A stretch of DNA of 64,000 nucleotides. It comes from Phycisphaerales bacterium (lineage in GTDB: Bacteria; Planctomycetota; Phycisphaerae; Phycisphaerales; UBA5793). A program made the position numbers and the translations under genes. Each line of letters opens with the position of its first letter. The stretch's first letter is position 1. A model generated the notes under the pieces. That model ran no database searches. It was not told the origin of the DNA and saw only the letters and a list, made by a program, of their open reading frames with translations. This document shows positions 51,260 to 61,727 of the stretch, piece by piece. The DNA lies in contig JBICHN010000011.1 in NCBI GenBank assembly GCA_043101845.1, positions 274,635 through 338,634 on the forward strand, given 5' to 3'.

Positions 51260-52891
51260 TCAACCGCGACGCGCGACTTCCGCGGCGTCGTACACGCGTC
51301 GGCCGTCGACGAAGGTCGCGACGGGGGCCATCGAAGACCAGTCCGGGTCGGCGTCGAAGGGCGATTCGTTCATGATGAGGAAGTCGGCGCGATAGCCGGG
51401 CGCGATGCGGCCGAGGTCGTCCTCGCGGAAGAGGGCGTAGGCGCCGCTCGTCGTGTAGGCGGTGAGCGCTTCGGCCACGCTCAGGTTCTGCGCGGTGTTC
51501 CAGGCGCCGCCATCGATCGTGCGGCCGGTCACGGCGTTCTCGATTCCGAGCCACGGGTTCATCGTGACGACGGGCCAGTCGGATCCGAAGGCGACCGTCG
51601 CGCCGGCGTTGAGGAGCGAGCGCCACGCATAGCCGAGCCGGCCGCGCTCGACGCCGAGCGCCTTGTCGATGACGCTCGCGTCGTACCGCTGGTGGAGCGG
51701 CTGCATCGACGCGATGACGCCGAGGCGCGCGAAGCGCTCGAGGTCGTCCTCGAGGAGATGCTGGCAATGCTCGGCGCGACAACGCGCGTGCTTCGCCTGG
51801 CCGGCGAAGACTTCCTCGTACCAGTTGAGCAGGAGGTGGTTCGCCTCATCGCCGATCGCGTGGGCCATCGGCTGCAACCCGGCGTCGCGCGCGATGATCG
51901 CGTTACGCCGGAAGCGACCGCCGGCGATCCCCTCCATGAACAGACCGCGCGGTTGCTTCGGCGATCCGTCGCGAAACGGTTCGCGCATGTACGCGGTACG
52001 CGAGCCGAGCGTGCCGTCGAGGAAGTCCTTGAGGCCGGCGATCTCGACGAAGTCGCGGCGGCCGCGGAAGGCGCGGACTTCGGGCAACGCGTCGGCCCAG
52101 TTCGTCGCGACGGGGTAGAGGAAGAAGCGCGTATCGATCGGGCGCCCGTCGTCGGCGGCGAGCGCGGCGTACGCGTCGAGTTCGCCGGGGAAGGGAATGT
52201 CGCCAACGGTCGTCACGCCGAAGCGCGCCGCCTCGTTCATCGCGCGGCGGAGCGCTGCGACCTGGTCGTCGATCGTCGGCGCCGGCATGACGGCGCGGAC
52301 GAGGTCGACCGCGCGTTCGCGGAGCACTCCGGTCGGCTCGTTCGTGTCGGGGTCGCGCTCGATGCGCCCGCCCTCCGGGTCGCCGGGACCTTCGCGGGTG
52401 ATTCCGGCGCGGCGGAGGGCGGCCGAGTTCACGAACCCGGTGTGCCAGTCCATCTGCGTGAGCAGCGCCGGCCGGTCGCCGGTGACGCCATCGATCCATT
52501 CCCGGCGCGGCGGGGCGGGATCGGCCCAGTGGTCGGTCGTCCAGCCGAAGCCGCGGAGCCACTCGTCGCCGGGCGTGTCGTTCGCGTGGGCTTCGACGAT
52601 GCGGACGAAATCTTCACGGTTCGCGGCGGGCGTGAGGTCGGCCCAGCCGAGCGTCGTCCCGCCGCCGAGCATGTGGATGTGGGCGTCGATGATTCCGGGG
52701 AGGACGGCGCGGCCGTCGGCGTCGATCGTCTCGGCGCCGTCGAGGTCGAAGTCCGGCGCGGCGTCGCGCGGTCCGACATACACGAACCGCCCGTCGCGCA
52801 CGACGGCGCACTCGGCGAACTCGCCCTCGCCCATGCCGGGCGACCAGATGCGGGCGTTCTCAATGATGATCCGACTTGTTCTCTCGTTCAT
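51260..52891 (-). CDS. YtcJ-like amidohydrolase (no signal peptide)
   Basis: Same motif set as the downstream paralog; start 52891 or 52912. Confidence 0.9.
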   Translation of the reverse strand: MNERTSRIIIENARIWSPGMGEGEFAECAVVRDGRFVYVGPRDAAPDFDLDGAETIDADGRAVLPGIIDAHIHMLGGGTTLGWADLTPAANREDFVRIVEAHANDTPGDEWLRGFGWTTDHWADPAPPRREWIDGVTGDRPALLTQMDWHTGFVNSAALRRAGITREGPGDPEGGRIERDPDTNEPTGVLRERAVDLVRAVMPAPTIDDQVAALRRAMNEAARFGVTTVGDIPFPGELDAYAALAADDGRPIDTRFFLYPVATNWADALPEVRAFRGRRDFVEIAGLKDFLDGTLGSRTAYMREPFRDGSPKQPRGLFMEGIAGGRFRRNAIIARDAGLQPMAHAIGDEANHLLLNWYEEVFAGQAKHARCRAEHCQHLLEDDLERFARLGVIASMQPLHQRYDASVIDKALGVERGRLGYAWRSLLNAGATVAFGSDWPVVTMNPWLGIENAVTGRTIDGGAWNTAQNLSVAEALTAYTTSGAYALFREDDLGRIAPGYRADFLIMNESPFDADPDWSSMAPVATFVDGRRVYDAAEVARRG

Positions 52892-53447
52892 CGACGGCAC
52901 GGCGGACCTCATCCCATATCTCGTTTACGCCGATACGCGCAGACCACACCTCAATGTATCGCATGTCAAGGTCATCCCGCCGAAGGCGCAGGATGCTCGC
53001 AATATCCCGAAGGTGTTTCTCCGATCCGCCTTCTTTATAGAACTCAAGTTTCTTCAGTATGACATCTTCAGGCGAAGCGAACATGGCGCTCACGCCGTCC
53101 GGTGACTCGAAGCGGATTCGCCGGTTGAAGCGAGTCTGTTCAAACGCGTCGGGCTTTCGAACGATGAAATCGACTTTCATGCCGGACGCCGCGTGAATCA
53201 CATTGAACATCGTTCGCGATCGGACCGCGTCACGGACCATGGACTCGCTCATATAGAAATCGTCTTCGGGAAACCCGCATACGAGTGCGTCAATGTGTTG
53301 ACTCGAGAGGTCGACGACAATGTCAACATCGTTCGTGAATCGCGGCTCGCCGAATGCGGATGAGGCGATGGAGCCCGTAATCATGTATGGGATTTGAAGC
53401 CGCTCGAGGAGTTGGACGACGAAGTCGAGAATCTCAGACGGCGCCAT
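52860..53447 (-). CDS. Nucleotidyltransferase (MenT/AbiEii-like putative toxin)
   Basis: GS.ASS.FGEPR.T.D.D, SPEDVIL.KL, SEKH.RDI. Confidence 0.78.
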   Translation of the reverse strand: MAPSEILDFVVQLLERLQIPYMITGSIASSAFGEPRFTNDVDIVVDLSSQHIDALVCGFPEDDFYMSESMVRDAVRSRTMFNVIHAASGMKVDFIVRKPDAFEQTRFNRRIRFESPDGVSAMFASPEDVILKKLEFYKEGGSEKHLRDIASILRLRRDDLDMRYIEVWSARIGVNEIWDEVRRAVDERENKSDHH

Positions 53448-53652
53448 TCGAGATTCTCCGCGCCGTCTCTCTCGCAACCTGTTCGTCGCTCCAGTCGGGA
53501 TGGTCCCGCTTCACCGATGAGCGGATCAGGCGCTGGGCGAATCGCCAGAGATTGTCGACGATGGCGAGACGCTCAGCGGGGGATTTCCCGCGCAGAACTT
53601 CGATCACCGCATCGTCCACCATCTCGATGCATGGCCGCTTGCGTCTCATCAT
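53434..53652 (-). CDS. Small helical protein, Rv0078B/MenA1-like putative antitoxin
   Basis: LR.KSPAERL......W......RS.V..DHPDWSDEQV..E.ARR; overlaps the NTase start. Confidence 0.65.
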   Translation of the reverse strand: MMRRKRPCIEMVDDAVIEVLRGKSPAERLAIVDNLWRFAQRLIRSSVKRDHPDWSDEQVARETARRISNGAV

Positions 53653-53662
53653 GATGATGATA

Positions 53663-55060
53663 TCAGAACTCCGCCTGCCGCGGCGCGCGGGGGAACGGGA
53701 TGACATCGCGGATGTTCTGCATGCCGGTGATGAAGAGCATGAGCCGTTCGAAGCCGAGGCCGAAGCCGGCGTGCGGGACCGTGCCGTAGCGGCGGAGGTC
53801 GCGGTACCACCAGTAGGGCGCGGGGTCGAGGTTCATCTCCTCGATGCGCCGGTCGAGCACCTCGAGGCGCTCCTCGCGCTGCGAGCCGCCGATGATCTCG
53901 CCGATGCGCGGCACGAGCATGTCCATCGCCGCGACGGTCTTTCCGTCCTCGTTCTCGCGCATGTAGAACGCCTTCACCTTCTTCGGGTAGTCGGTGACGG
54001 TCACCGGCTTCTTGAAGACCTCTTCGGTGAGGTAGCGCTCGTGCTCGGCCTGGAGGTTGAGACCCCACTCGACCGGATACTCGAAGCTCTTCTTCGACTT
54101 CGCGAGCCGCTCGACGGCTTCGGTGTAGGTGATGCGCTCGAAGTCCGCGTTCGCCACGCGCTCGATCGCGTCGATGACGCCCTTCTCGATGCGCTCGTTG
54201 AAGAACGCCATGTCGTCGGGGCGCTCGTCGAGCGCGGCGCGACAGAGATAGCGGATGAAGGCTTCCGCGAGATCGATGTTGTCGCCGAGGTCGGCGAAGG
54301 CGATCTCGGGTTCGATCATCCAGAACTCGGCGAGGTGGCGCGAAGTGTTCGAGTCTTCGGCGCGGAAGGTCGGGCCGAAGGTGTAGACATTCGAGAGCGC
54401 GCAGCAGTACGACTCGACGGGCAACTGGCCCGACACGGTGAGGTACGCTTCGCGGCCGAAGAAGTCTTCGTTGAAGTCGATGGCGCCGTCGGGCGTGCGC
54501 GGCAGGTTCACGAGGTCGAGCGTGCTCACGCGGAAGAGTTCGCCGGCGCCTTCGGTGTCCGACGCGGTGATGATCGGCGTGTGGACATAGAGGAAGCGCC
54601 GCTCATCGAAGAAGCGGTGCACCGCCATGGCGAGCGTGTGACGCATGCGCGCCACGGCGCCGAAGGTGTTCGTGCGCGTCCGGAGGTGCGCGACCGTGCG
54701 CAGGTACTCGAAGGTGTGGCGCTTCGGCGAGACGGGATAGGTGTCCGGGTCGTCGACATCGCCGAGCAGTTCGATCGACTCGAGCTGCACCTCGACGCGC
54801 TGGCCCTTGCCCTGGCTCTCGACGAGTTCGCCGACCGCGGTCACGCTCGATCCGGTGGTGAGGCGCAGGACGGTGTCCTCGTAGTTCTCGAGGGCGGCGG
54901 GCGCGACGAGTTGAAGGTTGTCGAAGGTCGTGCCGTCGTTGAGATGGATGAAACTCAGGCCGGCCTTGCTGTCGCGCCGCGTGCGCACCCAGCCCTGCAC
55001 CTTGATGCGGTCTCCAACGGCGCCCTTCTCGAGAGCGTCCACGATGAGCGTGCGGTCCAT
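53663..55060 (-). CDS. asnS: Asparagine--tRNA ligase
   Basis: [70 protein letters not shown]. Confidence 0.97.
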   Translation of the reverse strand: MDRTLIVDALEKGAVGDRIKVQGWVRTRRDSKAGLSFIHLNDGTTFDNLQLVAPAALENYEDTVLRLTTGSSVTAVGELVESQGKGQRVEVQLESIELLGDVDDPDTYPVSPKRHTFEYLRTVAHLRTRTNTFGAVARMRHTLAMAVHRFFDERRFLYVHTPIITASDTEGAGELFRVSTLDLVNLPRTPDGAIDFNEDFFGREAYLTVSGQLPVESYCCALSNVYTFGPTFRAEDSNTSRHLAEFWMIEPEIAFADLGDNIDLAEAFIRYLCRAALDERPDDMAFFNERIEKGVIDAIERVANADFERITYTEAVERLAKSKKSFEYPVEWGLNLQAEHERYLTEEVFKKPVTVTDYPKKVKAFYMRENEDGKTVAAMDMLVPRIGEIIGGSQREERLEVLDRRIEEMNLDPAPYWWYRDLRRYGTVPHAGFGLGFERLMLFITGMQNIRDVIPFPRAPRQAEF

Positions 55061-55351
55061 GACGGCGATCTTCCCTTCCACCCGGGCGGGCCGGGCGTCG
55101 CATTTCGCGGCGGACGAACGGGGGAGTATCGCGCGCGAGGGTCACAGGGCAAGCGCGGAGGTGGAGGCCGGCGGCGACCGTTCCGTGCTATGAACGAATC
55201 GAACCAAAGTCACGAATCGTCTGCACTGGCGAGAAGTCTCGGCGATACGCGTCTAGAACAGCCAATTGCGATCAACATCTACAACATCACGCCGAAACCG
55301 ATCGGCGCTATAGGCCATAACTCGCTCATCACCAGACACTTCGCACTCCTC

Positions 55352-56995
55352 TCATATTGAGACCCCCCTCTCTAGCTGTGCGATGAACTCACTGCGGGAC
55401 GCCCCGATCGAACTGAGTCCAACATCTGCAAGCCGGTCAACGATCCCGATCCAATCTCGAACGGCATCCGTAGAATCGTGCAGCAAGTAATCTGGAAGAT
55501 TACGCATATCAAATGCAGCCGACGTGGACCGGTAGTCATAGACCATCGACTCGGTGACCAGAAAGTCGCGTGACAATGCATTCAAGTATCGTTCATGCCA
55601 TGAAAGGCGATCCCAAGCCTCAACCGTGCTCAAATGGGCAGCCAGTTGAGGATGCTCCTCGAACCATTTTTCAATATCAGAACGGGATAACGAACGGACT
55701 TTTCGATCGAGATCGTCGTCGAATACGACAATAAGCGTCATATGCGATTTAGGATGTTCCCCGTCAAAATACCAGTCGAGGTGCTCTTTCACGAATGTTT
55801 CTACTGATAGTTTCCGGCGCCGCAAAATATATGTACGTTTGAACTCCAATTCACTAATGCGCGCGTTGACAGTGCGATACCAAGCGCGGTACGGTGGGTC
55901 GCGTTCGATCTCTGACAGCCCGCCTTTGAGGTCTGACTTGTCGACGGCGACAATAAATTTTGCCGCTCTCTGGATCTTCTCGAGAGCATTGGCAAAAGCG
56001 AGGAGCCCCTTCGTCCCTGGTTTGTCTTCCGATGTGTCCCACCAAGATTCAGTGGGAACCACAAGTGCCTGCGATGATCGCCAATGTGTCTCAAAGCTCT
56101 TGAAGATTTTGTCGACCCGATTGGAACCGTCGCCGAGTGCGATCTCGAAATAGCTGCTCCCATTATCATAATACCGCTGTATAAGCCCACATCGCGCAAT
56201 TAATCGGGTATCGTCATCGCAAACTATATCCATAATAAGAATATCACCGGCCTTGCGATCATCGAGATCGACACCGTCCAATCGGGCACGCCGTAGATCG
56301 ATTCCGATCTTCGGCTGTTCGATCCACGGCGCGATATCCTGGGCCATTAACTCATTTTCGTCGCTAACCAAGAGCAGGCGGCGCACATCAAGCAGTTGCG
56401 ACGCAATTCCCTCCTCCTGAATTCGAATGTATCGTTGCGCGTCGGGGCTTCCCCACCAGAAGGCTTCCGAACGACCTCGTGGAATCGCATGTACAGTCGA
56501 GATACGGATCCGTTCACCGTCGCTAAGGGTGCGCAGAGCGGCGCTGATTAGGTCTATCGCCACATGCACAGCATCAATCGCGGGGAGGTGATAAGCGGCA
56601 TCAGCGATCTGAATGCTGCGTATGACATGCTCGAGTCTGAGAGACTCCGCCGCGGCGTCGAGAATGAGACGGTGCATCCGTGGAATATCCGATGTTTGGC
56701 GGGATAGCGGATCGTTGTAGAACCCCGCAAGCAAATCGGCCGCTCGTAGTGAATACGTGCTGTGGTCGGAGCGACTAGACCGGAGGTGAAAAATTAGGAA
56801 GATTATGAGGGCAATAATCGTGATTAGCCCAAAAGTGAGGAGCAGCGGGATTGCTGACTCTGGAGTAGGGCTCGAAACTAAAACGATGCTGAGCGCAAAG
56901 AGATTCAATAGCCCCACAACAAGAAGTGCGACGAGTGTAGTGCGGCTATCCTGCAGCAAAGCGGTAAGGCGCTCCAGAAGCGGCTGAAAATTCAT
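55352..56995 (-). CDS. Hypothetical protein: 2 N-terminal TM helices plus a probable internally duplicated alpha/beta domain
   Basis: Long ORF in a low-GC islet; WW.S...RY......I.....VRR...GI......DILI.D recurs loosely in the second half (...WY......F.R.YI......DFLV). Confidence 0.65.
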   Translation of the reverse strand: MNFQPLLERLTALLQDSRTTLVALLVVGLLNLFALSIVLVSSPTPESAIPLLLTFGLITIIALIIFLIFHLRSSRSDHSTYSLRAADLLAGFYNDPLSRQTSDIPRMHRLILDAAAESLRLEHVIRSIQIADAAYHLPAIDAVHVAIDLISAALRTLSDGERIRISTVHAIPRGRSEAFWWGSPDAQRYIRIQEEGIASQLLDVRRLLLVSDENELMAQDIAPWIEQPKIGIDLRRARLDGVDLDDRKAGDILIMDIVCDDDTRLIARCGLIQRYYDNGSSYFEIALGDGSNRVDKIFKSFETHWRSSQALVVPTESWWDTSEDKPGTKGLLAFANALEKIQRAAKFIVAVDKSDLKGGLSEIERDPPYRAWYRTVNARISELEFKRTYILRRRKLSVETFVKEHLDWYFDGEHPKSHMTLIVVFDDDLDRKVRSLSRSDIEKWFEEHPQLAAHLSTVEAWDRLSWHERYLNALSRDFLVTESMVYDYRSTSAAFDMRNLPDYLLHDSTDAVRDWIGIVDRLADVGLSSIGASRSEFIAQLERGVSI

Positions 56996-57017
56996 TAGTG
57001 TGGGCTCCGGCGATCAG

Positions 57018-57956
57018 TTACGCGTGGTGCCTAGCTATGATGTAGCCGAGTGTTGCTCCCGTCTGCGGCATAGCGGTAAGTACCCGCAATTCGATCCCGC
57101 TTTCACGGAACGCTTCGATGTACCAAGAGTGGTCAACAAAGGACTCGAGACCGTATGGAATCTCTTTCGCTGTGCGGCGACGAACGCGTACTAGTTCATC
57201 TAGATACCTTAGATGATCGTCGTGTGTGCGATATTCGTCGACGAGAATAAGGAATCCGTCGTCACGGAGAGCACTTCTTAGAAGGCGAAGGGCAGACAGT
57301 TTACCCTGCAGACTCAAATGGTGCATGACGAACGAGCAGATGATTATATGCTGCGGCGCACGTAAGCGACGAGTGAGTTGTGCATCCTCCGATGCGATGT
57401 CATGGTCGCGATAACGGGCCTGTCGTACTAAGTCGAGAATTCGCGAGAAGTCATTGGCGAAGCGCTTTATCAAGCTCTCGGGGCAGGCGTCTATGGATAG
57501 TTCGCGAGTTACCCATTTCATCTGCTCAGAGGCGTCAAGAAGCGTGAGTTCAATCGCCGGGGTGGGGCCAGAAGAAATGCCAGTAACTCGCAGTAATGCC
57601 TGTAGTGCTGGCCATGACGAAACTGCGCCGGCTCCGGCGCCAAAGTCAGCGATCCGTATTATCCGTTCGTTTCGCATGTGCTTCAGGCGGGACCGAAAGA
57701 GCTCCTCAAGTGCGGTTATTTGCCAATCGAGAGCGGCGCACATGTGCGGAGTGGCAGCAACCTGATTCAGATAGTCGGCTGCGACATGGTCGAAGTGGGC
57801 TTGTGAACTATGAAGATAAAGACTGTGGTCAAATAGAGCAGATAGTTCGAAGAAGCGGCGATCCCTCATTAGCTCGAGTATTGGCTCTAGGGGGCGGCCC
57901 CGTCTGAGCATTACGGCGATTTCGCCAATGGTTCTGTTATCTCGGAAGTGGGGCAT
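57018..57956 (-). CDS. Class I SAM-dependent methyltransferase (small-molecule type)
   Basis: GGAGG RBS; IADFGAGAG, LLDAS..M, SFVMHHL, L..DG.LILVD. Confidence 0.82.
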   Translation of the reverse strand: MPHFRDNRTIGEIAVMLRRGRPLEPILELMRDRRFFELSALFDHSLYLHSSQAHFDHVAADYLNQVAATPHMCAALDWQITALEELFRSRLKHMRNERIIRIADFGAGAGAVSSWPALQALLRVTGISSGPTPAIELTLLDASEQMKWVTRELSIDACPESLIKRFANDFSRILDLVRQARYRDHDIASEDAQLTRRLRAPQHIIICSFVMHHLSLQGKLSALRLLRSALRDDGFLILVDEYRTHDDHLRYLDELVRVRRRTAKEIPYGLESFVDHSWYIEAFRESGIELRVLTAMPQTGATLGYIIARHHA

Positions 57957-58316
57957 GTTGTGGCACCTCCGACGAGTAAAGCGGATCAAATGGGAAGGCG
58001 CAGTGCTAGGCGCGCCCGTCAACGGAGCCCGGAAGCGGCACTATGAGTAAATAGGGCATATCGGATCTGGTTATCGTGCGTAGTAGGGAGAGCTAGGAGG
58101 ATGACCGAAATCGGTTTGCCTGCGGAATGGGGGTGAGTGGCTGACACGCCCCCTTTACATCTCTGTCGCGGCGAGCCCTCGACCGAAACCGCCACGGCGC
58201 CAACGCTCGTCCGGAAGTGGCATGACGGTTCCTTTGACTCAAGAAACCGGGAACCGTCTCGAGTCTATCAGACTTACCGCTAGCTGCAAGTGCAAAGTTG
58301 CGGTCAGGTCTAGTCT

Positions 58317-59900
58317 TCACTCCTGAATCCGGACCGTGCGGTAGGTGGATTTGAAGGAGTCGCGGCCGCCGGGGCCTCGTCGGACGGCGGCCTGGACGGT
58401 GATGTCGATGAGCGGCGCCGTGGGCGGGACGGTGACGATGACTTCCGCGTAGCCCGACGCGAACGCCCGCGCTTCGCCGAGAATTCGAATCGGCGTCGCG
58501 AGATCGAGCGAGATCATGCCGAACTGGTGGAGCCCGACCGTCGGCGCCACGCCGTCGATCGAATAGAAGAAGTGCACGGTCTCGTTCGGGTTCACGCGGA
58601 GGACGGAGAAGGTCGCGTTCTGTCCGCGTACGAGCGGCGTGTGGTTCAGGCGCATCGGCGGATAGGGCGTCGTGTTGCGATAGATGGAGACGCCGTGATC
58701 GGCGCCGGCGATGAGGTCGGGTCGCCCATCGAGGTTCACATCGGCGATGTCGAGTGAGCGCGCGTTCCAGATGGCGGGCGTGACGACGGCGCTCGTGGCG
58801 AAGCCGCCGTTCCCGTCGTTCGTGAGCGTCTTCACCGAGGCGCCGCTCAGCGCGACGAGATCGATGTCGCCGTCGAGGTCCATGTCGCGGGCGAGGAGTC
58901 CTTCGCCGTCGAGCCCATGGTCGACGAGCGAGACCATCGTGAAGCGCCCTTCGCCGTTGTTGCGCCAGACGGCGAGGCCCTCGTGCATCGGCTCGACATA
59001 GTCGCCGCCCGTCGGCGCCGCGAGAACGACGAGGTCGACATCGCCATCGTTGTCGAAGTCGCCGGTGACGAGGTCGTCGGGCAGGACATTGTTGTCCGGA
59101 GTCGCGTACGGCAATTCGAAGCGGCCGACGCGGGAGAATTGGCCGGCGCCGTCGTTCATGTAGACGCGCAACCAGCATTCGTTGATCTTGTAGTAGACCG
59201 TGTAGGTGTAGTTCGTCGTACGGCGATCGGCGTCGATGTCGAGCACGGCGAGGTCGAGGTCGCCATCGCCGTCGAAGTCGCCCGCGGCGACGCCGGTTCC
59301 CATGTTGAAGTCGAGCGGCTCGCGGTCGACGATGCGCACGAGGCCGGCGCGCCGGTCGTAGACGACGAGCTGCGCGCCCTGGGGCCGCCGGCGCTCGACC
59401 ATGGCGAACTCGTCCTGGCCGTCGCGATCGAAGTCGCCGATCGCGACGCTGTCGGGCGCCGCGGTGAGGGTGAGGTGCTCGACCGAGAAGCCGAAGCCGA
59501 ACCCGGTGGGGATGACGAAGGTCGCGGCGCTGATCGCGCGGTCGCCGAAGAGGAGTTCGCGCCGGTGGTCGCCGTCGAGGTCGAGGGCGCCGAGGAAGAT
59601 CGGCTCGGCGGTCGAGTGGCCGCTGTTGAAGACGCGGTCGAAGCGGCGTCCGTTGTCCGCGTTCTCGAAGATGTTCGTCCCGGTTCCGCCCATGATGAGC
59701 AGGAGGTCGGGCGCCGAGTCGTCGTTGAAGCCGGCTGCGGTGACGGCGTCGGCGTCGGAGACGGTCGGGAGAAAGGTCGGCGTGTCGAAGGAGATCTGCC
59801 CGGTCGCCGAGCCGGCGGCGAGCGATCCGAGGCCGAGCGCGGCGAGGGGGTTGACGGTCGTTCGAGTCGAGGCGCGGTGGCGGCGGCGTGGAGCGGCCAT
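58317..59900 (-). CDS. Secreted FG-GAP/VCBS-repeat protein
   Basis: Signal peptide; repeated GDFD.DGD.DL and N.G.G.F motifs; shared C-terminal domain. Confidence 0.85.
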   Translation of the reverse strand: MAAPRRRHRASTRTTVNPLAALGLGSLAAGSATGQISFDTPTFLPTVSDADAVTAAGFNDDSAPDLLLIMGGTGTNIFENADNGRRFDRVFNSGHSTAEPIFLGALDLDGDHRRELLFGDRAISAATFVIPTGFGFGFSVEHLTLTAAPDSVAIGDFDRDGQDEFAMVERRRPQGAQLVVYDRRAGLVRIVDREPLDFNMGTGVAAGDFDGDGDLDLAVLDIDADRRTTNYTYTVYYKINECWLRVYMNDGAGQFSRVGRFELPYATPDNNVLPDDLVTGDFDNDGDVDLVVLAAPTGGDYVEPMHEGLAVWRNNGEGRFTMVSLVDHGLDGEGLLARDMDLDGDIDLVALSGASVKTLTNDGNGGFATSAVVTPAIWNARSLDIADVNLDGRPDLIAGADHGVSIYRNTTPYPPMRLNHTPLVRGQNATFSVLRVNPNETVHFFYSIDGVAPTVGLHQFGMISLDLATPIRILGEARAFASGYAEVIVTVPPTAPLIDITVQAAVRRGPGGRDSFKSTYRTVRIQE

Positions 59901-59948
59901 GGTGTGGGAGTCCGGTGACAGAAGGGACAAAGGGGGAGAGTGAAACGG

Positions 59949-61565
59949 TCAGGGCGCGACGGGCGCCGTGATGAATGGAGTCTTGACCGAGTCGCGGCCG
60001 CGCGCCCCGCGGCGAACGATCGCCTGCGTGGTGAGCGCGTCAGCCGGAAAGTTCGAATCGATGACGCCGGAGATCGTCGCGACGCCGGCGGGGTTCGCGA
60101 GGCGCGACGCGACCTGCGTCGGTTCGAGCAGGTCGAGCGTGAGTCCGCCGAGGGGCGCGACGCCCGCGGTCAGTCCGTAGCCGACGGTCGAGGCGAGAAG
60201 AAACACGCGCTCGCCGGGCTCGACGCCGCTCACGGTAAAGGTCGCCGGCTCGCCGCGCTCGAGCGCGGTCTGCGCGAGGACGGGGCCGTCGAAGCGGGAG
60301 ATGTTGCGGAGGATGGAGATGCCGTCTTGACCGGAGGTGACGAGATCAGCGAATCCGTCGTCGGTGAGGTCGACCGCATGGACCGGCTCACCGGTAAAGA
60401 ATGCAAAGCGACTCACATTCGTGGGAAACGGAAGTGGTGGAAGTTGATTGCGAATGGCGCGGTTCGACCAGACATACACACCGCGGTCACTCGACATGGC
60501 AGCGCAATCGATTCGACCATCGAGGTCGAAGTCGCCGAGGTCGAGGTTCGCGCCTTGACCATGACCGTACAAGAGGATGTGGGTCTGGGTGAACTCGACG
60601 CCGGAGTCGCACTGGAGGAGGGCGATCTCCGTCGGGTACTCGTCGCCATCCATCTGTGAGCCGCCGACGAAGGCGTCGAGATCGCCGTCTCCATCGACAT
60701 CACCGAATCTCACCTCCGTGGGGTAGATGTTCCACCCACGATTCCAATCGATCTCGACCACGGAAGCGTTCGTGAAGACGCCTCCGCCTTCGTTCTCGAC
60801 GGAGACGAGATTGCTCCAGTACAGGTTCCACCATCGGTAGTAGTACCCGTAGAAGATCGACGCCGCGATGTCCTTATCGCCATCACCGTCAATGTCTCCG
60901 ATGGCAAGGTGACCTGAACTGCTGTCGCCATCGAAGTAGATTTCTTCGTTCCGGAAGTTCAGGTCGCCCTCGTTGAACGCCGCGACGACGGCGCCCTCAG
61001 AGGTGTACGCGAAGTCGAGGTCGCCGTCGTCGTCGAGATCGCCGACGGCGAGGCCGCCCACGGTTTCCGGGCCGGGGAGCGTGTGCCGGGCGCCCGACGA
61101 ACCGTCGCCGTGATTGAGGAAGAATTCGAAGCTCGTCTCCCGATACGAAATCGAGTCGAGCCAGAGCAGGTCGAGGTCGTCGTCGCCGTCGAAGTCGCCG
61201 GCGGCCATGAGACTCGAGGTCCAGCGTTCGGAGATGATCTCGCGGTAGATCTCGGTGAATTCGAGGTCGCCGTCGTTGCGGTAGATGACGAGTTCGGTGA
61301 TTGGATAGTCGCGGACCTGTACTGCGATGTCGTGCCGCGCGTCGCCGGTGAAGTCGCCGACAACCGAAACTCGCGATGAGTCTCCGGCGCCGAGGATGAC
61401 GGGCCAGTCGAAGTCGATCGTCTGGGCGATCGCGGGCGTGCCGAGGGCGAACGACACGATCGCGGTCGACGCCGAAGCGCCGGCGGACCGGGCGGCGGCC
61501 GCGGTCGCCGCATGTGCGCGGCGACGCGGCGCCCTCGAAGCGGGCTGGTTCGAACGCGATGGCAT
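59949..61565 (-). CDS. Secreted FG-GAP/VCBS-repeat protein (tandem paralog)
   Basis: Repeated GD(F/L/I/V)DGDGDLD motifs; C-terminal domain alignable with the neighbour. Confidence 0.85.
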   Translation of the reverse strand: MPSRSNQPASRAPRRRAHAATAAAARSAGASASTAIVSFALGTPAIAQTIDFDWPVILGAGDSSRVSVVGDFTGDARHDIAVQVRDYPITELVIYRNDGDLEFTEIYREIISERWTSSLMAAGDFDGDDDLDLLWLDSISYRETSFEFFLNHGDGSSGARHTLPGPETVGGLAVGDLDDDGDLDFAYTSEGAVVAAFNEGDLNFRNEEIYFDGDSSSGHLAIGDIDGDGDKDIAASIFYGYYYRWWNLYWSNLVSVENEGGGVFTNASVVEIDWNRGWNIYPTEVRFGDVDGDGDLDAFVGGSQMDGDEYPTEIALLQCDSGVEFTQTHILLYGHGQGANLDLGDFDLDGRIDCAAMSSDRGVYVWSNRAIRNQLPPLPFPTNVSRFAFFTGEPVHAVDLTDDGFADLVTSGQDGISILRNISRFDGPVLAQTALERGEPATFTVSGVEPGERVFLLASTVGYGLTAGVAPLGGLTLDLLEPTQVASRLANPAGVATISGVIDSNFPADALTTQAIVRRGARGRDSVKTPFITAPVAP

Positions 61566-61727
61566 CTTTCGTCAACCCCGCATGACGCGATGGGACGACT
61601 CGTCCCGCGTCGACAACAAAGCGATCCCGAGTGTACCTCACCGCAGGACCTTCGCAACGATGAATCGGGAAATGCCGCGGTGATTCGCCGGCCGAAAGCG
61701 GATCGCAAATCGACGACTTTGTTATCG

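Noticed and set aside
58224-58259. 9-bp inverted repeat GACGGTTCC/GGAACCGTC at the edge of the low-GC islet as an IS end or att site
   Set aside because: No matching copy found at the other islet boundary and no recombinase; may be a terminator or chance
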